Origin: Podarcis cretensis
Lineage: Eukaryota
Direction: 5' to 3'
DNA: 64,000 nucleotides
Assembly (NCBI GenBank): GCA_951804945.1
Contig: OX638152.1
Location: forward strand, 21,886,001 to 21,950,000
Below, piece after piece: positions 40,299-54,391 of this stretch; within the stretch, counting starts at the first letter, position 1; every line of letters begins with the position of its first letter. The notes below the pieces were generated by a model. The model made no database searches and was not told where the DNA came from. It saw only the letters and a program-made list of their open reading frames with translations. A program made the translations under genes and the position numbers.

Positions 40299-40481
40299 AT
40301 GTTCCGGTGTGCTGTGGCTTCCTTGGAGCGTCTTGCTATGGAGAGAGTACGTTGGGCCTTTTCCTATGGCACCTGGGTCCCTTGCCGTGAGGATTGGTTG
40401 CTGTCCATGTGCGTCGTACAGCCTGAAGAAAAAGAGCGCATCGAACAGTTTGTCTTCCGTCGTGATGCCAAGGCTGCAGTG
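40299..40481 (+). CDS. AASDHPPT: 4'-phosphopantetheinyl transferase, coding exon 1
   Basis: MFRCAVASLERLAMERVRWAFSYGTWVP...QPEEKERIEQFVFRRDAKAAV|gtatat; alternative start at ATG 40338. Confidence 0.88.
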
Positions 40482-40654
40482 GTATATACATATGTTTATG
40501 CTCCTATTTTAAGATATACTTTGCTGAGATGAATATCTCTCATCTCCTAGTTGTTTTAGCATAAAGATGGTGCTTCTAGACAAAGACTTTTGCAAGTGAG
40601 AGATGCATTGAACCAATAGAGTCTGTGCCCAGTCTCCTATGCTGATAACTGCTG

Positions 40655-40663
40655 TAATAATAA

Positions 40664-40694
<31 letters not shown>

Positions 40695-40970
40695 GTTTAT
40701 TATTTCTACCCCACCCATCTGGCTCAGTTTCCCCAGCCACTCTGGGCAGCTTCCAATCGAGTGTTAAAAACAATACAGCATTAAATATTAAAAACTTCCC
40801 TAAACAGGGCTGCCTTCAGATGTCTTAGCTGCTTATTTACTTCACATCTGAAGGGAGGGCGTTCCACAGGGCGGGCGCCACTACCAAGAAGGCCCTCTGC
40901 CTGGTTCCCTGTAACCTCACTTCTCACAATGAGGGAACCGCCAGGAGGCTTTCGGCGCTGGATCTCAGTG
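40655..40970 (-). mobile_element. L2-type LINE 3' fragment with (TTA)n tail
   Basis: gggagggcgttccacagggcgggcgccactacc..gaaggccct L2 ORF2 end motif, ccagccactctgggc stem and AAT microsatellite tail. Confidence 0.7.
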
Positions 40971-42829
40971 CCAAACTGCCCCATCAGCATAGCGTTGGCT
41001 CCAGGGTATTGGGCGTTTGGGCCTTCATTGAGTTTCCTTAAATGGAGGGTTCTTTTAGCCTGCTTTTGATCTTGAATACTTGCAAAATGAAAATGACTGG
41101 ATGGTGGGTCCTCTGTTGTCTATTGCCACTCTCTAGAGCAGGGGTTGGGAACTGTTTTCAGCCCCAAGGGCCACATTCGCTTATAAGCAGCTTTCTGGGG
41201 GCCGAAATCAGTGCTGGTCAGGGCCAGAAGCAGATGCTGGAAGAGCAAAGAATGCTTAATTTTGCCTTCGCACATAAAAGAGATCATAGAGTTGGAAGGG
41301 ACCATCTAGTCCAAGCCCTTTCAACAGGAATCTTTTGCCCCACGTGGGGCTGGAACCCACAACCCTGAGATGGATGCTCTACTGACATGCTCTCAGTCAT
41401 GCTCTACTGACTGAGCTATCCAGCTTGCTAGTTTCTACAAAAACTGAAACACTCCTCTCTGTATCCTCCATCCAGACAAGCAGGAGCGAATATCAGAGTT
41501 CAAGGACACATTCCAGCCTGGCAAAATACTCAAGGAGGGTACTAAGCAAGCCCAGTGAGGGCTTTGGCCTGGGGAAAGGGATGTGGCCTGGAGAGCATTC
41601 TGAGGGCCAGATAGATCCCCGGAGGGCCACATTCAGCCCTTAAACTTAAGTTTCTCTAGCCCTTTCCCAGTTGCCACCTCCCACTTGGCTATATCAAAAG
41701 GATGCAGAAGAAACTAACCATCTCTTTCCATCATCATTTTTATTTTTTAAATTAAATTTGATGGTCAGTTTATCCTGCCCGGGGCAGCACAAAGCGACTT
41801 ACAACCCACCAACCAAACAGACAGACAAACCCTCCCACAAAGGTATATTAAAATCAAGAGGAAATAGAAATACATTAAAAACACCCCACCCACTTCTAAA
41901 AGGCCATACCAATTAAAGGCCAAAGGCCTGGTTATAAGAGAAAGTTTTTGCCTAGAGATATATAATTATGGCTCCAGGTGAGCCTCATCTTGGCTGGGAC
42001 CAGCTTTCATTTAGCTCCTCTCCTCCCAGAACTGCCCCTACAATGGTAATGTCTCCTGGTCGTTTTATAACTTTATTATGTAACGGAATAAAAGAGTTGA
42101 AAGGAGGAGGAGACGTAGATGCCAGGCTCTTCGGTGGCATCCATGCATGCTCTGTAACGTCTACTTCCAGCCGACGTTTTAAAATAAATGAAATGTAAAT
42201 CGGCTTGAGTCACTGCAGAACTGTGTGGTATGATCCATTCTAATCAGCTCTGTAGGCAGATGTGAAAATGGGATTTCTGTTTGCTGCTTGTATTATCCCC
42301 TGTGCTATAGGTGGTGCTGGTGCTCAGCGGATAATATATGAGTGCAATCTTTCTAATACTTTTCTAAATCATAAAAATAGCCCTGGGAGGGGTGTGTGGA
42401 GTACAAACTCACTGCTAAATCATAGAGAGCAATGCCTATGAGTTCCTCATTAAATGCATCATTTGAAAATGTAATAAAAGTGAACCATTTCCTGACAAAC
42501 TAAGGACCAGCCATTGGTTTCTCCTGTTCATGTGTATAGACAGTAAGTTCCATCATTGCTACCATTCTATTTCAGTGTATTAATTAGAGCAGCTTCCCCA
42601 ACCTGGTTCTCTCCAGATATTTCCATCATTCACTGTCAGCATGGCTGAGGGAGTTGTAGGCCGAGGCATATGGGGGCTGGGTTGGAGGGTATAGGACGGA
42701 TGAGAGAAACATGGGTTTAAGCCAAGCCTACTTCTCAGGGTTGCTGTGAGTATAAAGTAGGACAGCCTCTGTTTCCGTCTTTCTTGCAGGAAGAGTGGAA
42801 TGTGTGTGTGTGTGTGTGCGTGTGTGTGT

Positions 42830-42858
<29 letters not shown>

Positions 42859-42862
<4 letters not shown>

Positions 42863-43100
42863 GGTACCTCGGGTTACAGACGCTTCAGGTTACAGACGCT
42901 TCAGGTTACAGACTCCACTAACCCAGAAATAGTACCTTGGGTTAAAAACTTTGCTTCAGGATGAGAACAGAAATCGTGCTCCAGCGGCGTGGCGGCAGCA
43001 GGAGGCCCCATTAGCTAAAGTGGTGCTTCAGGTTAAGAACAGTTTCAGGTTAAGAACGGACCTCCGGAACAAATTAAGTACTTAACCCGAGGTACCACTC
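42859..43100. mobile_element. Tc1/mariner-Tigger-type MITE (CAGTGGTACCTC family), copy 1
   Basis: TIR cagtggtacctcgggtta/taacccgaggtaccact; flanked by (CA)n and (TG)n. Confidence 0.9.
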
Positions 43101-43107
43101 TGTGTGT

Positions 43108-43146
<39 letters not shown>

Positions 43147-43309
43147 GATATATAGATATATTAAGACCCCTCAAATGTATATGTGTGTGTGCATTATTAT
43201 TCTGTTCTGTTCTATTCTATTCTATATTCTATTATTATATTATAAAGTAGCTGTAATATTTGGCCCAAGTTGTAGTAATAATAATAATAATAATAATAAT
43301 ATAATAATA

Positions 43310-43340
<31 letters not shown>

Positions 43341-43694
43341 TTTTATTTATATCCTGCCCTCCCCAGCTGAAGCTGGGCTCAGAGCAGCTAACAACAGCAA
43401 AAATAACACAGTTTACATAAAATCACAATCAATCAATTGAAATACATTCTAAAATCAAATCATTCTAAAATCAATTCAGAATCAAATTAATGGCAACCAT
43501 TGGACTAGAGTTCTATGAAGATTACCAGAGTTGTGTTTTAATTCTGTTTTTAAAAGCATATAAAGCATAGCTGTGCTCTATAATGAACTGTCAAAACATT
43601 TTTGAAGGCAAATGGTATCTTAATATAATACCCCTCCGCCCCTTTACACAGAACAGTTACTTGCTGTGCATTATTTGTTCATTTTGCCTCATAG

Positions 43695-43920
43695 GCTGGC
43701 CGGCTGCTGATAAGAAAATTAATTGCAGAGAAGCTGAAGATTCCTTGGAATGAAATAAAGTTACAAAGGACTTCAAAAGGCAAACCTGTCCTTGCAAATG
43801 ACTTAAGCAGTGCCCATTCCAGCTTCAGCTTTAATGTCTCCCATCAAGGGAATTATGCTGTTCTTGCCGCCGAGCCCGACTGTCAAGCTGGCATTGACGT
43901 TACGAAGACGAGCATGCCAG
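43695..43920 (+). CDS. AASDHPPT: AASDHPPT coding exon 2
   Basis: catag|GCT GGC CGG...; AGRLLIRKLIAEKLKIPW...GKPVL...FSFNVSHQGNYAVLAAE...GIDV; donor CAG|GTAAGT. Confidence 0.95.
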
Positions 43921-44631
43921 GTAAGTGTACTATAGTCACTCTTAAAAAAAATAAATTAATAATCTACAGTACGCTAGGACAGGAAAGAGAAGCCACTTTG
44001 CTCATTTATTGCAACACACACTGTAGAGGGATTTTTGAGGTGACAGCGATTGGCTGAGCTTTCCTTCGTTCACAGTCTCTGACTGCCATTGGCTGAATTG
44101 TTCCAATCTTAGGAATGCAGGAAGCTGACTTATATACCAAGCCAGACCATCAGTTCATCTGGCTCAACATTGCCCACAACACTGTGTGGCAGTTGCTGTC
44201 CAAGGTTTTAGGAGGGAATCTTACCCAGCCCTTCTTAGTGTTGGCTATTTGCAGATTAGTTGTGCTGCACATGACAAGGAACACAAAATAACTTTAGCTA
44301 GGTTTTAATAACAAAAACAAAAACTCCTTTTACATTAATTATAATATATCAATAAGCATGACCCAGCCACCAACCCAACCACCAGGGTACTGAGAGAGCT
44401 AGGTGCTGCTCTTTATATACTATACCCAACTGCTGACACAGCTTAATTAACACAACTTAACAGCACCTGCTATACTGCTTCACAGCTGTAAAACTAGGTC
44501 ATGTTATTTGCTCTGGCCCTTAAAGAAATACACATCTTGTGAAACAATAATGAACCTTCAAATTTAAAGAGTCCATTCAACACTTCTAATTTGGTTTGAC
44601 ATGTTTTTATTGAATGTATGCTTGTACGTAT

Positions 44632-45311
44632 TGTTACAGAAGTTGGGCGCCACCCGCAGTGGGTTCCAGGCGCTCACCCAGGGTTTGTGCTGCTTTGGAG
44701 AATTGAAGACGTGGTGGAGATGTCGAAGCTTTAAGAAATATGATTTATTCACATATTCACACCTTCAGTCTATGTGGAGGAAGTCCAGACCTTACAGGAG
44801 GCATCCCCAAACTCCACCCTCCAGCTGTTTTGGGACTACAATTCCCATCATCCCTGACCACTGGTCCTGTTAGCTAGGGATAATGGGAGTTGTAGTCCCA
44901 AAACAGCTGGAGGGCTGAGTTTGGGGATGCCTGTCTTACAGCATGGTCATTTCAAGAGGGGCTGGTCCCCCACAGCCATGGAGTCAAAGGCATCTCTCCC
45001 AGCCAGCCTGCCCAAGATGGATCCCAGTCTTTGTTCTCCCCCTTCCTCTTCCCAGCACACCTTGCTCCAAAAACTCTCTTTTCTTGTCACCTCAAACACA
45101 CACCCCATCACCATGGCAACCTCTGTCTGCCTAGGCCCTCTCAGATGGGCCATCAACACTTTTTGTCACATTAATACCTCTAACCTAGGTGAGGCCCTAG
45201 CTTGGAACAGAAGCTTAGCTTGTGTTTTTCCACTTGACTGCAATTTTCCCTTCAGTACTCCAAATATTCAAAATCCTGCCATTTATAATTTCTAGGGTTT
45301 AGTCCCTAACA
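44632..45311. mobile_element. Probable solo LTR containing a hAT MITE
   Basis: TGTTA...TAACA ends, 4-bp TSD gtat; internal MITE at 44798-44933 with ggcatccccaaact TIR and 8-bp TSD (c/t)cttacag. Confidence 0.6.
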
Positions 45312-47110
45312 GTATTTATTTGCCCATTTAAGGTATTTCTACCTCACCTTTGAGCTGAAAAAGCTGGGGTGTGGGAAATATCAGTACTAAGATGGTACCT
45401 GGCAACAGGCTTATAATCTAAAAAGACATGACAGATGAGGAAAAAAAAGAAATGGCAGTGAAAAGTAATCTCAAGCACCAAGTTTTTATAATACAGTTGT
45501 ATGTACCCTGCCTTGGGCTAAGCAATTCATGTAAACAAACAACCAAACGATACCAATATGATTCTCTGGAAAACGAAAGGCTGGGCTGAACCCCCCCCCC
45601 CCCAATTCTGTGGAATGGTGTGTGTGTGTGTTTTTCCTTCCAGAAAGGAAAGAGGCTTTATGTTCCAAAAATTAGAGTTACAAGGGATTTGTATTTTTCT
45701 TTATCTTAGGAGCAGCCACAGGGTGGCACTATTGATCTGTGGAAAATCTTTCCATCTGTTCTGATATTCAGATTCCAAAACATTAAGCACTTGCGGATGA
45801 AGCCATCTGCAACATTTAAACCGCCACATTGAAAAGGGGATTCTCGTCATGATATGTGAAAACCATTTTGGCACCCAAATATGCTATAATAACCAATCCA
45901 TTTTCTCTTCTATAAGAGCTGTATCTCTGTCAGAGAATGAATAGACATCTCTAACAGGAAATTCTCAGCACCTTTGCTACACTACAGCTCCCAGGATTCT
46001 TTGGGGCAAACCATGATAATCTAACTAGCAGGTATTTTTGTAGTGTAGATCTGTTCTTCAGACTAGGCTCCTTAATTACTTTGTTTTGTCCTTATCTCTT
46101 TTTAGTAGGGGGTGGATAAGTATACGACATGTTAGTTTTCCAGTGATTCTATACTGTTCTCAATGCCTCGCCAACACTCAATAACTGCTTTTATTTACAG
46201 AGTGCTGGTAAGATCCTGTGGAGATTGGTGATAATCTAGCGCCTTGCCTTATGCAAAGCTATAAGAAATCGAATCAGGAACCTAAAAATTCATTAAAAGT
46301 AAACATTTTGGGTGAAACCCTCTAAGTAAGAGCTGCTTCATAATGTTTAAAAATCAGCAGGTATGGAAGACCGCCAGGAAAGATAAGCTTTAACTGCATT
46401 CTAAAAGGCAGGCTAAAATGGTGCAGAGATTGTTCCTGAATGGTCTGCGGCCATCAACTTCCAGCGTCACCTTGAATGTCCCGGCTGCAGATGCAACACT
46501 ATATCTCCCTTTCTGCAAAACTTTGGATTGCAGTCTAAAGGGATGAATGACCAAGGCCAGCTCTGATCATTAATGTCCTTGTCCCTGCCAGATTACTGTT
46601 ACGTGCTGTCGGAGGGGCTGCCTTTGGTAACCTCAAAATCTGCTCTGCAAGGTTAGGTGGGCTGGAGGCCCTGTGGATTTCTGTTGCACAAGCAACTGCA
46701 CATCCCAAGTTAAGCACTATTTGAGTCCTCTAAATAGCGGCGAGAGTTGAGCACGGGGGCTGCTTGCCTCCATTGAAACAAACGCAACTTAAAAGTAACT
46801 AACATGGCGAAAATAATGTAAATGGCTTTCCGGTGCTTAAATGTACAGAGAAGAGTTATCTGCATCTGTATAATATGCATGCTGCCATTTCCGCTCACTT
46901 TTTGATTAATGGGCTTTTCAAGGTTCTGCTGTGAAAAAGCTGATAATGGAAGCAGAAAGTATTTTCCTAGGGGAGAGAGAGTAAAAGAAATTTCGACTCA
47001 GATCCAAACTGCTTGCTTATCTAGCATGCTACTGTTGTAATAGCCTTGCATAACTAGCACAGGAAGCTGGCATCATGCAAGCCAGTGTAAATTAAGCCAG
47101 AGTAAAGATA

Positions 47111-47449
47111 GGGACGCGGGTGGCACTGTGGGTTAAAACCACAGAGCTTAGGACTTGCTGATCAGAAGGTCGGCGGTTCAAATCCCCGCGACGGGGTGAG
47201 CTCCTGTTGCTCATTCCCAGCTCCTGCCCACCTAGCAGTTCAAAAGCATGTCAAAGTGCAAGTAGATAAATAGGCACCACTCCGGCAGAGAGGTAAACGG
47301 CATTTCCGTGTTTGCCAGAAGCGGCTTAGTCATGCTGGCCACATGACCCGGAAGCTGTATGCCGGCTCCCTCAGCCAATAAAGCGAGTTGAGCGCCGCAA
47401 CCCCAGAGTCAGCCACGACCGGACCTAATGGTCAGGGGTCCCTTTACCT
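47111..47449 (+). mobile_element. Sauria SINE, full length
   Basis: Canonical head and tail; 8-bp TSD taaagata (47103-47110, 47450-47457). Confidence 0.92.
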
Positions 47450-50400
47450 TAAAGATAAACCAGAGCCAAATTCTGATCAGCAGTGAGGCTACAGCTGGAT
47501 GAGCCAGCCTAAGCATGGCAGAGAGAAAGCCAGCCTTCAATATTGTGTTTGAGTTACACCACCCTTTTTGCCGGCTTAATTTATACCAGGTTGCCAGGTC
47601 ATGTGACTCAGATGAACCAGGCTTAGGATCCAGCCTAATTCCCCCCTGCCATGGTCTCGCCCCCGCTGCAACCCCCACCCCACCCCTTTCAATGCTTACA
47701 CTGGCTGAAGATTGAAGATCTTCTGGGCTCAGTTCAGCCAGCTAGGTCCTGGCTGAGCCAGGATGAGAGAGATATACCAGCCAAGGATGAGGGAGTTTCA
47801 TCAGTATAACCCAGCTGGATCCTAACCCATCCATCTTGCCAGATAGGATTGTTCCATAAGTCCCTCTTCGGTGCAATTAAAGCATTTTACGTCCTATGGC
47901 TACTGCTGCTTTTATTTTTTTCCATTTTCATTTGCATCATGATCCCACCAGCATATTCCATCAGAGGTCTAACTGAAGTATGTTCAGTCACAGCATGAGA
48001 ACATTTCCAGGTTGTTGGTTTTTTGCATTCATTTATGGGAATAATTGCATTAAGATTATTTTCTGTGAGTGGCAGGACATACAGAATATTATTTTTAGCT
48101 GTGAAGTGTGGCATGGTGGAAAGTTTCGGGCTAGTGCGTATTATCCTGATAATATTCAGCTGTACTTTTTTTTTGTTTTGTTTTTTGTTCATCAGTGGAG
48201 CTTAAAGTGCTTTACTGTATAGATTTCAAGGGAGGCCTCCACAGGTGTCATGCAGAGATGTGGTTTTTTATATATAAAAACAATGGGGGTAGAGTAGAGA
48301 AAGAGTTAAACTCAGGCTCAAGCTTCCCCATGGCTGTCGTTGGGAAGATGGGAATGCAGTAGTGAAAAACTATGCCTGTTGAATTGCCTGTTGTGCACTT
48401 GGAAATACTGCAGGACACCTGTCAAAAGGGAGGGGGAAAATAGCAGAGTCATGCCCTATTGCTTCTCAAAACTGCTCATGAATACCACCCTACCTGTAAG
48501 AATAATGTGCTGACAGGTTCTGCAGTGATTTATAGAATTCATAGCTGCACGCTAAGGACTGATACTTGGAATGCCCTGAATGGTATTTCCTTTTCTAAGT
48601 ACCTGAGACATAGATACCTTTTGTGGTGTGTGTTTTTTTTAAGATGTACTTCTGAAATGTGGGCCTAGAGCAAACCAGAAACTGCACACCCCTCTCTCGG
48701 TGCCTTCAAAATACTCTTCACTTTCCCCCTAACATTTTTTAGCCGTCATTAACATTAATGTTATCATCCGTCCTCAGGGCTTATCCTACCCCGTCAGTTA
48801 ACAGTTATCATCTATCCCTTGCCAGGGGAAATCAATTAAAAATAAGTTAAAACTAATTTTACAACTGCTGACGCAAAGCTGGATTGTCTGCTCCCTGAAA
48901 TGAACACTCTAGAGAGGGAGCGAAGTTCAGATACGATTCATTCAGAAGGAAATTAGACATGAAGATTCTAGCAGCCAATTATTCTCTTCCCAGACAAATC
49001 CTGCGCATGAATACTTAGAAAGTTAAGTTCTGCTGTTTCACTGGGTCTTGCTCCCAGGTACATGTGCCTAGGATTCCTCCATTTCAGAGATCTAAAGCCT
49101 TTGTTTAGTGCCCTGGATGGTGATAATATTTGACTTATTCCCCCACCCCGCATAAGAAAAAAAGTGTTTGTTGCTTCTCTGTTTGAGGGGAGATAAGAAA
49201 CTGTTGCTTTCAATTATGAACATAAGGAGTATGAGCTGCACAACAGCTTTTTTAATCTATTCATAACAGATAAAACATTAATTACGTTTATGTTGCTAAT
49301 GAGATATTTAGCAGCACAGTTGCTGAAAAGATTTTTTTCTGTCACTTCATCCCATTTTATAAATAGGTACCTCATGCCTAGGTTTTTGTGACCCAGAAGT
49401 CTGTATCTAACCTGCAGGATTACAGATAAATATGTTTTTTTAAAAAAAAACCCAAAGATAAATATGTTAGCTTTTTATAAGTTTTATTTGAAATTAAAAT
49501 AAAGCATTTATTATTCTTGGGAAGTTGCCCTCCCTCCCCCCACTCTGTTGCCTCTGTTTAAGTGCACACTGAAAAGGAGAACGATTGTTTATTGCTGAAA
49601 GGGTTTAACATTGGAAAATTCCATTTTAGTATATACTAAGCTACAAGACAGCTCTCTCTGAGCTTTAGTTGGATTGACCATTAGCTGTTGCTGTTCTCTG
49701 CTGGTTTACACATGAGCGTTTAACCTTAGATCATGTGATTAAGGTATTCAATTGCAAATCTCCATTTTGAAGGAAGTTGCCTGTTAGTCTCTCTCTGGAC
49801 GCCACAGATAACAAAAGAAAGAAGTTATGGGAGAAACATAGATTTGATTTTTACTCTGATCATAATTACATTATATATATTTAAGAAGAACCTATGCTTG
49901 GATATGCATATGCCTTATGGAATTATCCGGCTGTATCGTTGATTGTTTTGTACTTGTTTTTGAAGAGGTTCTAGCTAGTAAAGCTTTGAATAATAATTAT
50001 GGGCCTGGACCATTTTGCTTCCAAAAGGAGTCAGCTTTTATGCATCCAGTATTAATATTTGCAATATTCTCATCCTGTTTCCAAGAAAATCTATCACATT
50101 TGTAAGGTAAAGATCTGCCAAAATTGTCAATATCCTTACTTTCAAACGGATGATGGCAGAACTTTTGGAGAACCTGTGGTCTTCTAGATGTTGCTGGACT
50201 CCATCTCCCACTATTCCTGACCATTGGCCATGCTCACTGGGGTTGATGGGAGCTGGAGTCAGGCAGCATCTGGAGAGGTACATGTTTCTGCTGCAAGTTC
50301 TAATCTTTTACAAAATTTCATGGTATTATATAGTTAATCAGATACATTAACAAGGCAAGATGGTAAGAACTTGGCCTTCCAAAGGAAAAGGTTGCTTCTG

Positions 50401-51033
50401 AAGTTGGCTTTTTAAAATCCCCCTCTCTTTAAATGCAGTTGGTAGGATTGTAATTGCTGTTATTTTTTTTAAAAAGGAGAGAGATGTCTTTTTTTCCAGA
50501 TAATGAGCTTGCTAATAATTTCCCAGTATGCTTAGCTTTGTAAGCTAAAACCAGAAATCTACAAGGCCTTGCTTAATAATGAGTATATGTCTTTTGGTGA
50601 TTTCTCCAGTAAACTGATATTATGCCTCCATCTTCATTTCTCTTATTTAGTTTTATTTATTTTTGCCAGCTACCCCAATGGATTGGGAAGCATGGATTCA
50701 TTTTAATTTAGTGTACTATTGCCTTGAGAATTCTCTGGTGTATTTCTAAAGATTCCGGCTTTCCTGTTTGCTTCTCTGTCCACCTTATTCCACACATTTT
50801 ACTTCAAACACTTTACCTAGACAACAAGAGAGCACAAAAGTTCTGTTGTAGAAGTACTGGACCCAAAATAAATTCTTTCTGAATACTTCCTAAAATTAGA
50901 TTTTCACAGCAACTGTTTCCAACATTTTTCTTTTACATTTGTGAAATGAAATGACTGATTTTTGCAGTGATTTTATTTTACTTTTCTTTGCTGCTCTGTA
51001 AAACATCTCTTGTTATATACTGCCATCATCATC

Positions 51034-51506
51034 TGTCAGGGACTGTGCTGAGGAGGGCTGCACTGAGGAGGAATGGTGGAAACCTCAGGATCCTGAATCT
51101 TCCTAGGAGCAGGAGGACAGTATAGATTTGGAACAGTGGTTTGCAGAGGGACATAGTTCAGAAGGCAGAAGCTGGGAAGTACGGATGGGGAACAGCTAGG
51201 AGGAGGAGAACTGGGAGAGAGTTAACAGACTCACTGTCACTTGAAAGCGTTCATCCACTCAGCTTGAGGTCAAGAAGAACAGATAAGGTGGCAGCATAGA
51301 AAGCACAGTGATTGTGAGATCAGGTTACAAGACTATGGAGGAAGTGGGTAGAACCCTTAATTGGGAGCACCTTCATTCCTAGAAATGGATTTTTTGTTCT
51401 CTTGCTGTGATCATTAAAATTTCTAACTGGTAAGAGACTCCTTTCTCTTTGTTCTGCTTATTTACTGCCAAAGGAGGGCGATGAGCCAATTCCCTGAAGC
51501 CTGACA
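51034..51506. mobile_element. Solo LTR
   Basis: TGTCAGG...CCTGACA termini; 5-bp TSD tcatc on both sides. Confidence 0.75.
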
Positions 51507-52156
51507 TCATCATATGATGATGATGCTAAATGGTGTAGCTAAATCCAGATTTTGAATGTTTTTATTACTGGCTGAACTTGTTTGTGTGGTTGCGACCCAA
51601 GAGGAAGTGTGGTCTAGAAATATGTTCCATCATAATCATGGTTTGTATACATTATCATAGAATCGAGGAGGCTATCTAGTCCAGGAGCTGCCATTGTGGT
51701 TCCCAAAAGTGTCTCTGTGCCCTTCTCTGGCACCTGTGAAGGTTCTCCAGTGGATTGAGCAGACGAGATCAATAATGGGTCAATAAGACAGTTTCTGCAC
51801 ATGCTGTAGAAGAAAGCGAGAGGCAGATGGGGCCTGTCAACCTGGGAAGGTAGCCCATCTATAGGAGGAGAAAAACTCTATCCTCAATTTCTGCCTTGTG
51901 GGATATCTTCAGGAGAAGAAAAGGCTAAACCCTACACAAATCCAGAGTGGAATCCCTAAGGCAGTTGGATGGCACCTTATACCTCCTCTCTCAGCAACTC
52001 CTGCAGCCAAGCTGGTGCCAAATATATTGTTCTGATTTCCTTTGGACCACACCAGTGAGGCCAAGAGGGGGCCTTCTTGCCTGGGCAGCCCTGGACCTCC
52101 AGACACACTGCCCAGGAGAGTGTATGTCTAATTTGGAAGAAACTGGCATACTGAAT

Positions 52157-52729
52157 CAGGGCCGGATTTAGGTTTGATGAGGCCCTAAGCTACTGAAGGT
52201 ACTTGAGCCCTTTATAAGTCCAGCTGTCCTTTGTCAACAGATTGTCGCTGTTTTTTTGTGATGAATATACAGTGGTACCTTGGGTTACAGATGCTTCAGG
52301 TTACATACGCTTCAGGTTACAGACTCCGCTAACCCTGAAATAGCACCTCTGGTTAAGAACTTCGCTTCAGGATGAGAACAGAAATCGTGCAGCGGTGGCG
52401 TGGCAGCAGTGGGAGGCCCCATTAGCTAAAGTAGTACCTCAGGTTAAGAACAGTTTCAGGTTAAGAACGGACCTCCAGAACGAATTAAGTTCTTAACCCG
52501 AGGTACCACTGTATGCTATATGGTAATTTATGCACCTAATAAGTATCTGAAGCCATTTGCACATAACAAATAGGAGCCTATACAACATAAAACACTGTTG
52601 CTGTATCTAGGTTTTATTTTTATTTTTTTTAATCTTATATTTTGGAAATGTACATCGAGTTTGGGGGGCGGGCAAGAGAGTGGGGCCCTAAACTATGGCT
52701 TGTTTAGCTTATACATAAATCCGGCACTG
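52157..52729. mobile_element. Non-autonomous hAT element hosting a MITE
   Basis: TIR cagggccggattta/taaatccggcactg; perfect 8-bp TSD tactgaat (52149-52156, 52730-52737). Confidence 0.9.
52270..52511. mobile_element. CAGTGGTACCTC-family MITE, copy 2
   Basis: TIRs with TA duplication on both sides; nested in the hAT element. Confidence 0.9.
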
Positions 52730-53594
52730 TACTGAATAGAGCAGAAAGTTGGCTGAGAGGAGGTTTGTTCCCTGTGGTATGTACACACCTGTGTCTTTAT
52801 TCTGTCCCACAACTGCTTATCAAAAGACTTTTCCCCTCAAGTCTTAAACTGAAATTTGGAACACGTGAAACGTATTTTGCTGGTCAAAGTAGGATGGATT
52901 ATCAGCAGCAGCCATCCCTCTTCCAAATTGCTATTTTATTTTCTGAAGGGGGAAAAGAACTGCTGATAGCCTTAGCCTTCTATGTGAAAGAGAAACACCT
53001 TATTGAAATCTAGGGATAAGAAAGGTGACAATGTCATCAGCAATAAATTCCCCTTTGAATATGTGTCATCCTGTGATCTTGTGGGAAATCACTTGACCTT
53101 ATGGCTATTGGCCTTTTTATTTATCCTTGTACAGAAATCTCTTTTTAGTTGAGATCAAGGCTTCTTAAATGCTTTTTGTAAAAGCCACCGCTCATACATT
53201 CACTGCAGCCCTTCCAAGAAGTTGTCTTTGTTGTCGTCCCCCTTCCCCCCCCCCACCCGCCATTTGCAGCTCTCAGTTAAAAGTGTCTCAACTTGGATGA
53301 AAAAGCATTATATATCAATTTGGGCCTTTAAAATATGACCTTCTGTCTCTCTTCCCGTCCCACTTGAAACAGGCATATCCAAGTGTGTTTGAATGCAGCA
53401 CTTAAGGTTAAAAAATGCTGCTGGAAACATAAATGAGGGTCAGTTGAAAATTTGTACATTGTATTATAGTGCAACATTTCAGAGCTAAACATTTCGAAGC
53501 ATCATTCACAGAATTAGACCACAACACCAGGCAAAGGGTTAAAACCCCTCACTGATCTATATAGGGTGCACCAGCACCATTCTCACAATCCCTT

Positions 53595-54240
53595 TTTTTA
53601 AAAAAATAAGTTTTATTAGGCTTTCTAGAGAAAAATTCAAAGGTTAATATCAAATTTCTTTTCCCATTTTTATCTGAACTAAGACTTTGATCTAAATTCC
53701 ATTAAAAAAAAAACAACCATAAAAAGGGAGGACAAAGGAGTAGAAAAAGCTAAAGAAAAAGAAAAAAGAGTAGAAAAGAGGTTAAAAGAGAAAGATAGAA
53801 AAATAAAATTAGGAAAATAAAGAACTTAAAATCCTTCATTTGTCTATATCTAAATGATATTCGCTTTGTCCAATCCAATATAACACCCAACAAAGCCACT
53901 TTCTGCAAACAAACATCTTCAATCATCTAATCCAAATATCATTATTACTTTTTTCTTTTTCATGCAAAAACTCCACGAGAGGTTTCCAATCTTTAACAAA
54001 CGTTAACAATGACTTTTCTCTACTTGAACGTGTCAATTTTGCCATCTCTGCTAAGTTCATTCGTTTTAACAGCTGTTCTTCCTTTGTTGCTAATAATGAG
54101 CCCTTCCATCTTTGTGCATATAAAAGTCTCACAGCCGTAATCATATATTGTAACAAAGTTCCATAGTCCTTTTCTAACTGTATATCCATAATCCTCAGCA
54201 GGAAGAGTTCTGGCTTCAGTTGAAAATTCCATCCTCACTG
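53595..54240 (-). mobile_element. L1-like LINE 3' fragment
   Basis: Degenerate ORF2 C-terminus (LLQYMITAVRLLYAQRWK...MAKLT...KDWKP), T-rich UTR and AATAAA/poly-A end; similar fragment at about 57250-57890. Confidence 0.6.
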
Positions 54241-54391
54241 ACCTTGGCTCTCCAGATTAACGTGCAATTGACCATATGTGAATTGCCCCATTCCTTCAGT
54301 ATGTTTGATGTTGCCCTTGCCTGAATTTGTAACTCCTCACCTAAGACAAGGGTCGGAAACCTGTGACCTTTCAGATGTTATTAGATTACAA

